The notes: generated by a model from the sequence alone, not told the origin. A stretch of 64,000 bases of DNA from Balamuthia mandrillaris (GCA_031835245.2 JAVKOQ020000020.1:62001-126000); one strand, 5' to 3'; shown: positions 10,140 through 22,152, numbered from the stretch's first letter. Translations and numbers: made by a program.

Positions 10140-11138
10140 TTGCAGACATCACAAGCGTCACACTCGCCGTTGTCTTTGCAAGGTGTACAGGTGGTGTTTC
10201 TCTCACATTCATTGCGTTCGTTGCAGAACCAGCATGGGCGGCACCACTTTTCATCGGTATCATTGCAGGGCGTACAGCCACCGCCCAGTCCCTCTTTCAG
10301 CTGGCACACATTATCTTTGCAAGTTTGGCAAGGAGGGCACTTGTCATCGTTCTCTCCGCACGGTGTGCAATCCGGTCCTTTTTGCACGCATTTGCCTGGT
10401 CCCTCTGTATTAGAGCACTTTTGGCAAGGGTCCGCGCACGTTTTGTCTTTGTCACACGGTTCACAACTTGCGTCCAGTAAAGCACAACGACCGGCCAAGG
10501 TGCAAACGCCGCAACCTCCACAGTCTGTAAGTGAGTCTGCGTCGCAGGGCGTACAGCCAGGGATTTCTGTGCACTCGCTGCGCAGGGGGTGGCAAAAGTA
10601 ACAAGCCGACTTACAATCCTTGTCCTCGTTGCAAGACTCACAATTTGGGTCAATTTTTAAACACTCCCGTCTTTTAACTGCTGGCAGGGCTCGCAGTTTT
10701 GGGGCTTGAGAGTAAAAACAAAAGATTTTCTTTAGAGAAACTACGCAAGAAAAGACAGACTAGAGAAGGATAGGAAAGAGAGGACGAAAGAACAGGAAGA
10801 GACCCATTCTAAGCATACCTGGGAAAAAACTTTGCACCAGAGGGTGGTAAAGAGCAAGAAAAACAAAAAGGTTCGCAGCGCGGTCATTTTTATTTGCGGT
10901 GGCTGTTGGCCAGTGGCAGGTAGGAAGCTCTCTTGGCGTTAAAAAAAAAAAAAAAGAATCCACGTGTCAGCCGCTAAAACACGTTTTGCAAGTAATAAGT
11001 ATGTGTATAATTAATTAACAAATCACCACAACCAGTTCAGTTAGGTAATCGCTTATTATACGACTACAGCTGTATATTGCTTTTTTTGGTTCTGAATAAA
11101 AATCGCATGAACCTGATTTTTCTTTAGCTCGTGAAAAT

Positions 11139-11549
11139 TCAAAATATTCTGCTAAGTACAAGAGCTTCCTGCTTATCAAAACTGTCCTCATGATCCGGGT
11201 AATACGTGGTGCTCCTCCCCTTCAACCACTGCAAATACAACAACCGATAGTGGATGCGCTGGGCGCTCTTCCACGTCGAGGCAAAGTTCCAACGCGCGAT
11301 CCCCTCCACAAAAATCCCAGCCAAAAGCCCTTGCGTCACGGCGGACAGCGGGTTGACAAAGCGGGTCAGAGGGATGAGCATCAGCGCCACAAACCAGTGG
11401 TGCGCATGGAAGGACCACCCCGCGCAGAGGTAGGTGTAGACACTGCTCACGCAAAGAGCGGAGATGAGGAGAATGTAGGCTAATACGTAGGCTAGTACGT
11501 AATATAATCCTTCTCTTGTCTTTTTGCGGTTGTGAACACGAGTTCATAG

Positions 11550-11589
<40 letters not shown>

Positions 11590-12586
11590 CGCACCAAAAG
11601 CCAAATGTGAAAACCCAACAAGAGCACCCAAAACGTCGATAACAGCATTATGACCATGTACTGCGTTGCATTGAACTTTTTGCATCTACACCCAACCAAA
11701 TGGATGCGGATGCCCCTAAGGTGAGCATTACGATCCACATAAGTGAAGAGAATGCCAACGAAGAAAGGTAGCACGTAGAAGAAGTAGTTATAGACGGCGC
11801 AAAGCCCGATGCTGTTCTCTTTCAGGCCGATCTTGGAGAAGATGGAGGAGGTCAGATGAGAGCCTCCCGTCTCTGCGGTTTTGTTGCTGCAGAGAGTAAA
11901 GACCGGAGCTAGCAAGAACCATATGAGGCCCAATAATATCACAATGAAGAATTCCTGTTGGTTGTTGTTATGTTTGTGTCGCTGTTAGCAGGACCAAGGA
12001 AGCGAGAAGCAGAAAACAAAGAAAGAAACGAACTCGATAATTCTTGGAACGGTTGTGGAAGGGGTTGTTCCGCCCACACGTGAAGAAAGAGACATAAGTG
12101 TAGCCAAGCACCAGCAGCGCCATCCACAGCGCGAAAGAGTCCCACGGAAACCAGTCGTTGTGGAGGTAGCTCCAAAACCAGTCCAGCCCTTTCCTCTGCA
12201 TCGTCGACGGCGGAATAAAGTATGTAGCAGCCACCAAGATCATCCCAACTATACAAAAATAGGAGAGGAAGGGAGAGAGAGAAAGGAGAGGAGAGGAGGG
12301 AAACAATCTTCGTTTGATACTTTGCACGTTTGGAAAAATAAGAGAAAAAAAAGAGTAGAGACTTACGAATGTTGAAAGCAACCCATCCAGCAAGGCGAAC
12401 GCCAAAAGGACGCCGCTCCTCCCAAGCCATGGCTCTGTCCCATTCCGCCACTTCCTTGGCCAGCTTGGGCAGCATGTTGCGTGGGATCTCGGGCGGGGGC
12501 GGTTCCTCGTACTCATCTTGCGGCCGCACGATGGATGGCCTGCCGTACCGCGCCACCCAGTCCTCCCCTTCTTTGTGTATGTTCAT
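11139..12586 (-). CDS. Multi-pass membrane protein with HxHHW motif (several exons)
   Basis: Several hydrophobic exons. The last exon FHAHHWFVALMLIPLTRF.NPLSAVTQGLLAGIFVEGIARW resembles the membrane segment I recall from fungal LCCL-domain membrane proteins. Confidence 0.7.
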
Positions 12587-13006
12587 CTGCTACTTTTCTT
12601 TTCTTCCCGCAAGGGGCTGCTTTTCATGTCGACATCTAAATTGTTGTCGAAATTCCGTCGACATGAAAAAACAAAAGAAATACCCCTCAGGTTTAATTAA
12701 AGGCTAAATTAGGAAACGGTAACCTTTTTTTGCGGACCAAAGAAAAAAAATAGAGAGAAGATAGAAGAAAAGGGGGAGTTACCTCCTCCCTTTCCCTTGT
12801 GCGGCGTGTGTGTGCGGTTTGTTACTTGTTGGTTGTTTTTGATGAGCCTAAGCAGCGCCTTCACCATCTAACGACAGAGAGCCGAATTCCTTGTTATTTT
12901 TTTAAACACGTTATTTATTTTTGTTTAATATTTTTGTTTATTTTATTTTTTTTATTTTATTTTTTTTGGTTTGTGCCCTATCGATTGAAACAAAGAGAAA
13001 AAGAAG

Positions 13007-14849
13007 ATGATTCGGAAAGGCAAATTGTTGGGCAAGACGAAAAACAAGGAAGCCAAAGAGGAGGCGAAGCGGAGGAGCACCACCTCCGGAGGCAGCAAGC
13101 GGAAACGGAAAACAGGCAAGAACGGCGGCTCCGACGGAGGCGGGGCTGCCTCTGGAGCAGGCAGCAAGCTAGGCAACGTCTTTGGGCGGTCATTGGAGGA
13201 GACCTTGGCCTTTCAGAACAACGGCGCCGTGCTGCCAAACATTGTCTCCGAAACAATAACATGGTTGGAGCAAAACAAAGGTACCACCGCCAACACCAAC
13301 GTTACCTTTGTGAAGACTTCTAACACAACAAAAAAAACCCCTTCACAACAACGACAAAAACAAAACAGCTGTGGAGGAAGAAGGCCTCTTCCGAATTCCA
13401 GGACAGGTTACCATTATTTCTGAGCTCAAGGCTCAGTATGACAAGAGTACGCGCTTCTCTTTTCTTTTTGGCCCATTTGCTCTCGTGTTTGCTCTCCTCT
13501 CCTCTCTTCAAGCTACAGCGTTAACTTATGTTTGTGAATTTCAGAGGGAACGGCCGACTTGAGCCCCATTACTGATATAGCGTCGGTCGCTGGTTTGCTT
13601 AAGTTATATTTGCGGGAGCTCCCTGAACCTCTCTTTCTTTTCCGTTTCTACTCTACCTTCATAAAAATAGCAAGTAAGTTTCTTTATTGCAGGTATGTCT
13701 TTCTGTTTCTGACTTTTTTACCAACAACAAAAAAAGAAAATGATGACACACTTTCACGAATCCGTAACCTACGGATTCTCATAAACGGACTTCCTGAACT
13801 CAACAAAACGGTTGCATTCTATATACTCAAGTTTCTCAACAAAGTGGTGAATAACAAGCATAAAAACTTGATGACTTCCGCCAATTTGGCAATGATATTC
13901 GCTCCAAACCTTCTTCGCTCTGAACGCGAAGAACTCACACAAATTATGAACGACGCTCCCTATGTTACTAACATAATGAAACTCCTCATCGAAGAAGTTG
14001 ATTATGTGTCCCACGTAAGTTTAACTTCTTGGCTTTTAATTTATTGGTTTCGTTTTCGTTTTCCTTTGTTCCTTTATTCTTTCTTACTGTTCATTCCTTT
14101 GTTGTTTCGTCCTTTCGTTTTGTTTAATGTGAAAAAAAAAAAAACAGGAAACAGACCAACCTGCTTCCACAGACCACGAGGTAAAGATCGTCAAAAGCGA
14201 AAACGTGGCTATTCCCATTCAACAAGCTATTCGGAAGGCCAGCCTGCCTCCTCCTTTAGTGCTCACTCCTTCGAAGGAAAATATAACTGCCAACGGAGGA
14301 GGAAATGGCAGCACCATCTCCACTGTCAAAGGCAAAGAGAAAGAGAAAGAGCAAGAAAAAGAAGAACCGATGATAGTTCAACACGAAAATGAAGAAATAA
14401 ACGGTCAGCAACAGCAAATCGGCGGAGAAACAGAAGAACAAAAACAAAAGAGGGAAGAAGAACGGCTGAAAGAATTAGAAGCCATCAAACAGAGGCTGAA
14501 AGAAAAGGAGATGTTGCTAAGAAAGTTAAGAGGACAATTGGAAGAAAGCGAAAGCGATTCTGACAACAGCGATGATTCCAGCGAAGAAAGCAGTCAGTGG
14601 GAGAGCGAACCAGAAAATGCAGAAGAGGAGCAAGAAGACCAACAACAGAAAGCGGAACCAGATGCATATAAAAAACTGCCGCTCACCCCGAGCGCAAACC
14701 GAGAGCTGAGAGGACCATTGTTGGAAGAGTTTGGAGGAAATGGAAGCGGTACATCACGGAAGGGCTCTGTGAGTGGCGGTGGTGCTTCTCCTTTGGCTTC
14801 GCCATCATCAGCGAAAGGACGACGGAACGTTGTAGAAGTAGAGCTTTAG
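13007..14849 (+). CDS. RhoGAP-domain protein (5 exons) with coiled-coil acidic C-terminus
   Basis: VFGRSLEE, EEGLFRIPG (arginine finger), VAGLLKLYLRELPEPL and NLMTSANLAMIFAPNLL. Confidence 0.93.
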
Positions 14850-15207
14850 TTTCTAACTTATTTTATTTTTCTTGAAATAAAACTCTGAACATGTGTAACA
14901 AAACAAACAGAACAAAAAAACAATTCAACAAAGAAAAAAAAAGAAGAAAAAAGAAGAAAAAAAGGAAAAAGTTAGAAAAAAGTTTGGAAGTATGCGCGAG
15001 TCGAACTGACGGTCATCCCTCCCAAACGAAAACTTTGGAAAAGAGACACAAAACGATAGGTGAGCGAAGGGTCACCACACACCCCGCAAAAAAGCAAAAA
15101 GGAACGTGTGGTGAGAACAATAGCGGTGTTGCCGTTTCAAACGGAACGCGCGAGACGAAGGGGTCCCAATGCAAACTTCCGGTTCAGGCGTTGTGCGCCG
15201 CCAGCCC

Positions 15208-15411
15208 ATGAAATGTCAGATGCCTGGCTGCGCTTGCGACTCCTTTCGCCCCCACTTTGTGGAGCAAAACGAGTGCACCCACTGCCTGCACAAACACGAT
15301 GGCGGAGGCAAGGAGATTGCCCACCGGCCGGCAGTCAGCCACACCGTCGATTTGGGCGGCAGCGGAAAGAAACCATGGAGCAGCAAACTAAAAAGAAAGA
15401 AGGACAAGTGA
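15208..15411 (+). CDS. 67-aa Cys/His zinc-finger microprotein
   Basis: MKCQMPGCACDSFRPHFVEQNECTHCLHKH..., with GC-rich codons and a basic tail. Confidence 0.6.
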   Translation: MKCQMPGCACDSFRPHFVEQNECTHCLHKHDGGGKEIAHRPAVSHTVDLGGSGKKPWSSKLKRKKDK

Positions 15412-15929
15412 CCCTTTTTTTTCTCCCTTTGAATTGCTCCTCCAAAAAAAGCTCCCGAGATCGCGACTTCATTTCCTTTGGCCAAACCACTTCACGCAAC
15501 GAACTCGATTGCCCGCGAACCTCCTGTAACGCCGAGTCTCTCCCACACACAATAACCTTCAGTACATAAATATCGCGATAAATTACGCTGCTTTTAATAA
15601 TTATCGCCAAATTGCATCAGGTCGCCTGCCTACGAGGTCGGTCCACAAAAGGTAAGTGCAGGGCTATTAGATCCACTTTATTCCCATAAAAGGGAAAAAG
15701 CACCCCGCAACTACTCCCAAGATTTTCCGGTAACGGGAAAGGACCGCATTAAAAAAAAAATTTTTTTTTCTCCGGGGCGGGACGTTACATGCGAGGTTTA
15801 TGGGAGGGTTTTTTCGCTGCTAGCTGGCAGGGCCATTAAAAAAAAAACACGAACGCTAGAAAAACTGAACGCTTTGTTCTTTTTCAAGAAAGCAGAAAGC
15901 GCTTCCGCTGTTGAGGTACGTTCTCTCTC

Positions 15930-15972
<43 letters not shown>

Positions 15973-16077
15973 CTCTTTTTCTCTCGCTTCCCTCCCTCTG
16001 TCGCTCTCTTGGAATTAAATAGAGAAAACTCATACCGTAACAACTTTAAAAGCTGAGTCCAAACACATTGAAAAAAA

Positions 16078-17217
16078 ATGTGGTTCGAAGTGTTAGCCTT
16101 TGCGCTAGCGGCCGAGACGCTCTACCTTACCTACCTCTTCATCAAATCCCGGCTCAACCGCAAGCAAGAGGAATTCGCACGCGTCTCCGAAGCCATGGAG
16201 GCGCTCGAGCGCGAGAAGAAGCGCGAACAGACCTGGCCGCCCTACCCCAACACTTGGTACGCTCTCATCGAAAGCAAGGACCTACAAAAGGGCCAAGTCA
16301 AAAGCGTCTACGCCGTGGGCTGCGAGTTGGTCGTCTGGCGCAAGTCCGACGGCACTCCCGTCGTACTGGACGCCTACTGCGCTCACTTGGGAGCCAACCT
16401 AGCCTCTGGCGAGTGCAAAGTGATTGACGACTGCGTGCGTTGCCCCTTTCACCACTGGCGGTACGACAGCACGGGGAAGTGCGTGGACATTCCCTACACC
16501 AGCAAGCCCATCCCAAGCAACGCCAAGGTGCATTCCTGGCCCGTGACGGAGTGGGCCGGTCGCATCTGGTTCTACTACCACCACGAGAGGAAGCAGGAAC
16601 CCGAGTTTGAGTTGCCGCGGGACCTGGACGACGACCTCAAGGGCATGCGGCCCGCCGGAGGCGGTCAGGTCTGGATGAAGAGCAACCTCATGGAGCCCCT
16701 GGAGAACTGCAGCGATCCCGTTCACTTCAAGACCATCCACGGCCACCCCTCCGTGCCCTTCCTGAGCAAGCACCTCACCTTGGATCATACTATCACCTGC
16801 AAGGAGCGTGGCTTCGTGGTGGAGTTCACGGACATGCCCGTGCTGAAGCTCTTTGACAGAACGCTGCCCTTCGGCATCTCCGACTATGTCAACGTGCACG
16901 TCACCTTCATCGGCCCCAGCATCGCCTACTTTAGGTTCCACACCCCCGACAAGGGCACCGCCTACATGGTCAAGTCCCTGACGCCGGTGGCTCCGCTGAG
17001 GGTCAAGTCCTTGGACCTCTTCTGGATGGATCCCCGCATGAGCTGGTTCTTTGGCTTCTTCCTCAAGAAACAGGCCTTCAACGGGTTCATGGAGGACATG
17101 CCCATCTGGAACTACAAGAGAGGGGTGTCCAAGCCGCTGGTGGTCCAGGGGGATGGAAAGATCATGAAGAGGAGGAGATGGTTGCGTCAGTTCTACCCGC
17201 CTGAGATCAATTGGTGA
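16078..17217 (+). CDS. Rieske sterol oxygenase, Neverland/DAF-36 (cholesterol 7-desaturase)-like
   Basis: N-terminal TM; PPYPNTWY; Rieske CAHLG..CPFHHW; non-heme iron motif ENCSDPVHFKTIH; EDMPIWNYK; RRWLRQFY end. No coding introns. Confidence 0.88.
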   Translation: MWFEVLAFALAAETLYLTYLFIKSRLNRKQEEFARVSEAMEALEREKKREQTWPPYPNTWYALIESKDLQKGQVKSVYAVGCELVVWRKSDGTPVVLDAYCAHLGANLASGECKVIDDCVRCPFHHWRYDSTGKCVDIPYTSKPIPSNAKVHSWPVTEWAGRIWFYYHHERKQEPEFELPRDLDDDLKGMRPAGGGQVWMKSNLMEPLENCSDPVHFKTIHGHPSVPFLSKHLTLDHTITCKERGFVVEFTDMPVLKLFDRTLPFGISDYVNVHVTFIGPSIAYFRFHTPDKGTAYMVKSLTPVAPLRVKSLDLFWMDPRMSWFFGFFLKKQAFNGFMEDMPIWNYKRGVSKPLVVQGDGKIMKRRRWLRQFYPPEINW

Positions 17218-17526
17218 GCTCTGAACTGCTTTCCTTCTTTCGTTTTATCTTTGCAGCAAAACGTTATCTTCTTCCTTTGTTCTCTTCTCTTTTTATTTTG
17301 TTTGGTTTTTTGTACAAAGCTTGTTGCTTTTTTTTTTTAAAAAAAAAACGTGTTACCGTCCTTCTTTCCTTCTGTAGTACTCTTGGTCTTCATCCTCTTC
17401 GTCTCTCTACTAAAAGAAAAAGAAAAAGAAAAAGAAAAAGAAAAAGAAAAAGAAAAAGAAGAAAAAAAAAAGAAAAAAGCGTTACAGAGTTGAGGGAGCA
17501 CAAACCGTACACAAGTGGAGCAGCAA

Positions 17527-18495
17527 ATGACCTGCTCGCCTGGTTGTGTGCAACAAAAAAAAATGCAAAAAGGGCGAAGAAGAAACAAAGAGAGCAACGA
17601 AGACCGTCTGCGGCCCAAGCCTTCCGAGATACTTCCATGGTGGGCGTTTCATGCATCTCCTTTTTTTTTTTTGTTCTAAAGAACGTACATGTGCGTTGCT
17701 CACACTTTGAAAAAAAAAATAAAGGTTGTATTTAGGGACAAAGTATCACTTTCTCGATTCGGTGATGTTGCGTGAGTTGGGTATAACGAGGGTGTTGTCC
17801 GTTGTTGGAGGAAGGTTTGTTTCGTTTTTCCCAAAGAGTGCTTTCTTTCTGTTGTAACGAAAGAGCTGTGAACACCAATGTTGTAGAATACCAGAAGAAT
17901 ATCCTCCTGAGAAATACGCAATATCACCAATGAGCGACTATGGCACCGACAAACTGGCCACTAAACTGCCACCCTTGTTGGAATTTATTGGTAATCGCTT
18001 GTTCTTGTTCTTCTTGTTCTTCTTCTTCCTGTTCTTGTTCTTCTTCTTGTTCTTGTTCTTGTTCTTGTTCTTCTTCTTGTTCTTGTTCTTGTTCTTGCTC
18101 TTGCTCTTCTTCTTGTTCTTCTTCTTGTTCTCTACGTCTTGTAAATGAGTCTACATCGCTTCTGCTCATTCAATTCTCTTTCTGCATTACCAGCGCAAGC
18201 AAAACAAGCCAACGAAAAGATATTGGTGCATTGCCAACTGGGCGCAAATCGTAGCCCAACGGTGGTGCTTGCCTATCTCGTCAAGCACGAGGAGATGACC
18301 CTGAAAGAAGCAGTACGGCACGTGAAGAAAAGAAGGCCGCTGGTCCACCCGGTGGATCGCTACTTGTTGCAGCTGCGGGCCTTAGAAAAGGAATGGACGG
18401 GCAGGTGCACCCTCTCCGAGGAAGACCAAGAGCATTTCTTTCCAAGCCTTTCTCGGCGTTGTCAAGCGCCACCAACCCCCTTGGAGGAGGATTGA
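17527..18495 (+). CDS. Dual-specificity protein phosphatase (4 exons)
   Basis: Spliced PSEILPW|LYLG..LRELGITRVLSV, PMSDYG and ILVHCQLGANRSPTVVLAYL..LKEA. The start could be 17527 or 17563. Confidence 0.85.
17998..18130 (+). repeat. Intronic (TTCTTG)n/(TTC)n microsatellite
   Basis: Lies inside phosphatase intron 17991-18193. Confidence 0.95.
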
Positions 18496-18794
18496 ATTCG
18501 GTTTGCAGCTGTTGCATATAGACGATCTTAGAATGCCTCCTTTTTGATTTCTTATTGGCAGTACGAATGGGTAAACCAATCAGGAAACAAAAATCCTTCA
18601 TGATCAAATCGATCTAAGATCATGTTGTAAGAAACGTTAATCTAAATGACCCCTCGTATTAACACCCGAAAACCCTCAAGCAATCGAAATTAAAAGCAAA
18701 AAAAAGAACAAAGAAAACCAAAATGTGTTTCTTTCTTTCTTTTCTTTTTTTTTTGGTGAAACAAGAAAAAGCGAATCATCTTTTTTTTCAAAGC

Positions 18795-19436
18795 ATGTCT
18801 TCCTTCCAATGCAACTGCGGTGCTCAGGTCTTTTCCGACCAGTCCTTCTGCCCTCACTGCGGGGCCAAGCTGGGCGTTAGCAACCTGAGCCAAGTGCCGG
18901 ACGCCATCCGCTCGGCCGTCAACAGGACCTCCCCTAAGGACCAGGAGAAGAAGTACGGCCAGCAGGAGTGGCGCCTCTTCGAGACCAACTACCAGCGCAA
19001 CAAGGGCATCAGCCTGGACGAGAGCTTGCAGGAGATCGAGAACGCCAGCAAGTACGGCGTGCCCGTTCGCACCGGTGGAGGAGCCGCAGGAGCCGCAGGT
19101 TCTACCTCCTCCTCCAGCACCTCCTTTGGAGCTGGCGGTGGAGGAGGCGCTGGCTTTGGAGCTGGAGGAGCTGGTGGAGGTGGTGCTAGCTTTGGCCCTG
19201 GTGGAGCTGGTGGTGCTGGAGGAGTTGGCTTTGGACGCTCTGGTGGTGCTGGTGCTGGCACGGTTGGTTTCCGTTCTTCAATTTTTGTTTCTCTCTCTCT
19301 ATTTTTCTTTTCGGTCTTTTCACACGAAAACAAATAGGGTAAGTTTGACGAAAGGACGGACGCAGGTGCCGCTTTCTTCAACCAACACCAGGTCAAAGAG
19401 GCTGCCAAGTACAAACCCGGTTACCGTGGGGAATAA
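18795..19436 (+). CDS. Small zinc-ribbon, Gly-rich protein (2 exons)
   Basis: MSSFQCNCG..FCPHCGAKL, GAGG/FG repeats, intron about 19264-19337, last exon GKFDERTDAG..YKPGYRGE*. Confidence 0.7.
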
Positions 19437-19641
19437 GCTTCGCACGTCTTTGAGTTACGCCCTCTTTGCAACAGTTTAGCCAACCAATGCTGCAGTTGGT
19501 GTTCTCTCTCACTCTCTTCTTTTTTGTATGTTGTATGTAATGCAATAAGTTAAATTACAAAAAATATTACCTCATTCTCTCAGCTCTCTCTACTCGTGCT
19601 CTACTCTCCTCTTTCCTTCTCTTCATCCATGATGGCAGTAA

Positions 19642-20179
19642 TCATTTGTGAAAGCGTTTTCTGTGGTGGTGAGGTTTCTTTGCAAGGCCTTCTTCCAGAA
19701 ACTCTCTCACCTGGGGAATGAACCATGCAAAGTCCAAGAAGAAGGCGTCGTGCCCATAGATTGACTTTAACGTTCGAATGGCGGCTGGTTTACCGTGCGC
19801 TTTGGTTTCAAGAACAAAAGTATCTATCAGAGATAGAGAAGAGAACAGGAGAGCGATAGCAGAGCGAACCACACAAAGATGGATGAGGGAATAGGGGAAG
19901 AGTATGAAAGAAGGGAGACGAGAAGAAAAAGGAGAACCTTGAAGTAATTGTACGATGTGTTGTTGTTCAGAAACAGGGATGAGTGCATCAGTCTCAACGG
20001 CAAGCATCATCACTTTTGTTTTAAAAATTTGAGTCATTTTTGCGGGTCAAGGTAAGTGAGAGAAAGAAACGCACGGTTGGCGGTTATCCTAAGAACACCT
20101 TCAGAGTAGGTATTGAACCCACGGCCCAAGTCCATCAAATCTGTTGCTTTACTGAACAGAAAACAATCAACATTCAGCT

Positions 20180-20210
<31 letters not shown>

Positions 20211-22152
20211 TGCTCTCGCTGCGATAGCTACTTACGAGAGTAGAAGATAGCAATTCGCATCATAACTATTTACAAAGTCATTTGCTAGTTGAATAAAATT
20301 AAGTCAGTACCCCAAAGCAGCAACAGAAATAGGGAAGACACAAACCTTTGTGTTTAAGGTATCGTTCCACAGCAAAGTTCTGGTCACTACCAATAGAGAA
20401 AGGTCCTTCAGCCTCCCACGAGAACCGTTGGTTTAGTTCCTCCCACGTACGATACGTGATCATGCCTAGCTGTCTCGCTACTGCCATTCCGTTCACCGGT
20501 TTCTTCTTATGTAAAGCATAGTCGCCGTGACTTGCCGAAAAGGAGGTACAATGCTGATAAGTGCTAGAAGAAAGATAAGAAGAAAGAATTGAGAAAAGGG
20601 TACCAATAATCAGGATCTCTTATGACAGCTTGCCTCTGGACGTGACGATAAGCGACGCTGCCAGGGCTCGACTTTCCTGTTGCATTAAGAACCCGAAGAA
20701 ATCACACAGGAAAAATAAGTAAGTCATAAGGGTGAAGGAGAATCAAGAACAAATGGTGATGAAGAATAGGTACCAGTACAATTGATGACGCAAACGTTGT
20801 CAACAAAATCAGGAAACTCGGCAGCAAATGATAATGCTTTGCAACCTCCTTCAATATACACCAGAGATATAAAGCCTCGATGAGAGAGAAATAAGGTTAA
20901 GAGTGATAAAAAAAAACAAACCAAGACTTGCTCCAACAGCCGCATGAATCTTTTTCAATCCTAAGTGCTCTAACAAAAGTTTATGACAGCGAGCCAAATC
21001 TGTTTGAAAGAGGACGAATGTACTCGAATTGAGAAAGCCAGAACAAAAAAAAGAAAGCAGAAGGAATGGAAGGAAAAGAGACCTGTTGGCGTCACTTGTG
21101 GGAAATGTTTTCCATATGCTTCTCCTGTGTTAGGATTGATAGACTTTTACCAGGGTTAGAAGATAGAAACGCTTATACCAAAAAATGAAACACAACAAAA
21201 GGAGCCTTACAACAGGAGAAGTAGTTCCATAAGGGGAACCCAATCCACTGGCGCAGATGACTCTGAACTTGTCTGTGTCAATGCCTTTGTCTGGGCCTAT
21301 CATACCTTCCCACCAACCCGCCGTTGGATCCTCCACGCTTGACCTGAATAAAGGATAATACGTTAGAAAGAACAAAGAACAAAGAAGAACAAAGCAGAAT
21401 GAATAAAGAATGATGCAGAAAGAAGAAAAAAGAAAGAAGAAAGAAGAAAGAAGAAAGAAGAAGAATGAGGAAGAATAACGAAACTTGGCATGACTTCCAA
21501 CAGAGAGAGAAGGAAAGATAACGACGACATTGGGATTGTCAGCATTGCCCCATTCTTCCCAAGTTATGTCCAACTGAAAAGCAGAGATGGTTGAGCAACG
21601 GAAGCAGAGAAGAGAACGACAAAGAGAAAAATGAACGACGAAGAGAACACCGATGAAGATGAGAACGAAGAAGAGGAAGACGAGGAAAGAAGAAGAAAGA
21701 GGAAAGAAGAAGAACGACGAAGAAAAGAACAACAAAGAAGAGAACGACGAAGAAGAGAGGAAAAGCATAATAATACAAAAAAAATGAAAACGGAGAGAAA
21801 AAGTAAACAACAATACCTCCGGAAGAGCACCACCCAGTTGAAGCGGAAAGGGTTGCTTCAGATGAACGTTCCTTCTGCCCGAACTCATAGCAAATATACT
21901 CTGTTTATACACTGGCCCCCCAAAAACAACCACACAAAAACGTATTTTGGTTTTTTTTTGATCAGAGTTTGATGGGAAAAGAAAAAAACAAAATAGAGTA
22001 CCATTGCGGCGTTGGGAGAGGAGGAAGTTCAACGATGATGAGCCATTATTCGCAACGCTCCTTCTCGTCGACGGAAGAAGAAAGCTTCCAACCCCCTGAA
22101 GGGACGCTCCCCTCCAACCGGCCAACGCTCCTCCTCCTCCTCGTCGAAGCAT
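19642..22152 (-). CDS. MetX-fold (homoserine/serine O-acyltransferase) alpha/beta hydrolase, probably serine O-acetyl/succinyltransferase; multi-exon
   Basis: FPLQLGGALPE, PSLSVGSHA, GWWEGMIGP.KGIDTDKFRVIC; catalytic triad GASLGG / TDALIP / GHDAFF; ARQLGMITYR, YDANCYL; Arg/Ser-rich presequence. Confidence 0.9.

Larger units (their letters stand above)
6853..10887 (-). pseudogene. Disrupted CxxC-rich type I membrane surface-protein gene (VSP-like architecture), about 330 aa when reconstructed
   Basis: Exon 1 (10887-10819) encodes signal peptide MTALRTFLFFLLFTTLWCKVFSQ; intron 10705-10818; about 20 CxxC motifs; TM AVWVIFTIGMCVVIVVVGLYVW; short tail; TGA at 6853-6855. Interrupted by a 1-nt frameshift near 10667, a 385-bp insertion and the hAT element. 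Removing each insertion plus one copy of its direct repeat restores the frame. Confidence 0.88.

Noticed and set aside
9643..10281. 212-aa minus-strand ORF and 179-aa plus-strand ORF (9941-10480)
   Set aside because: Off-frame or antisense shadows of the Cys-rich gene and its insertion.
15682..15805. Nested short inverted repeats (TCCCATAAA/TTTATGGGA, GTAACG/CGTTAC) as a possible MITE
   Set aside because: The arms are short and unevenly spaced, and no TSD was found.
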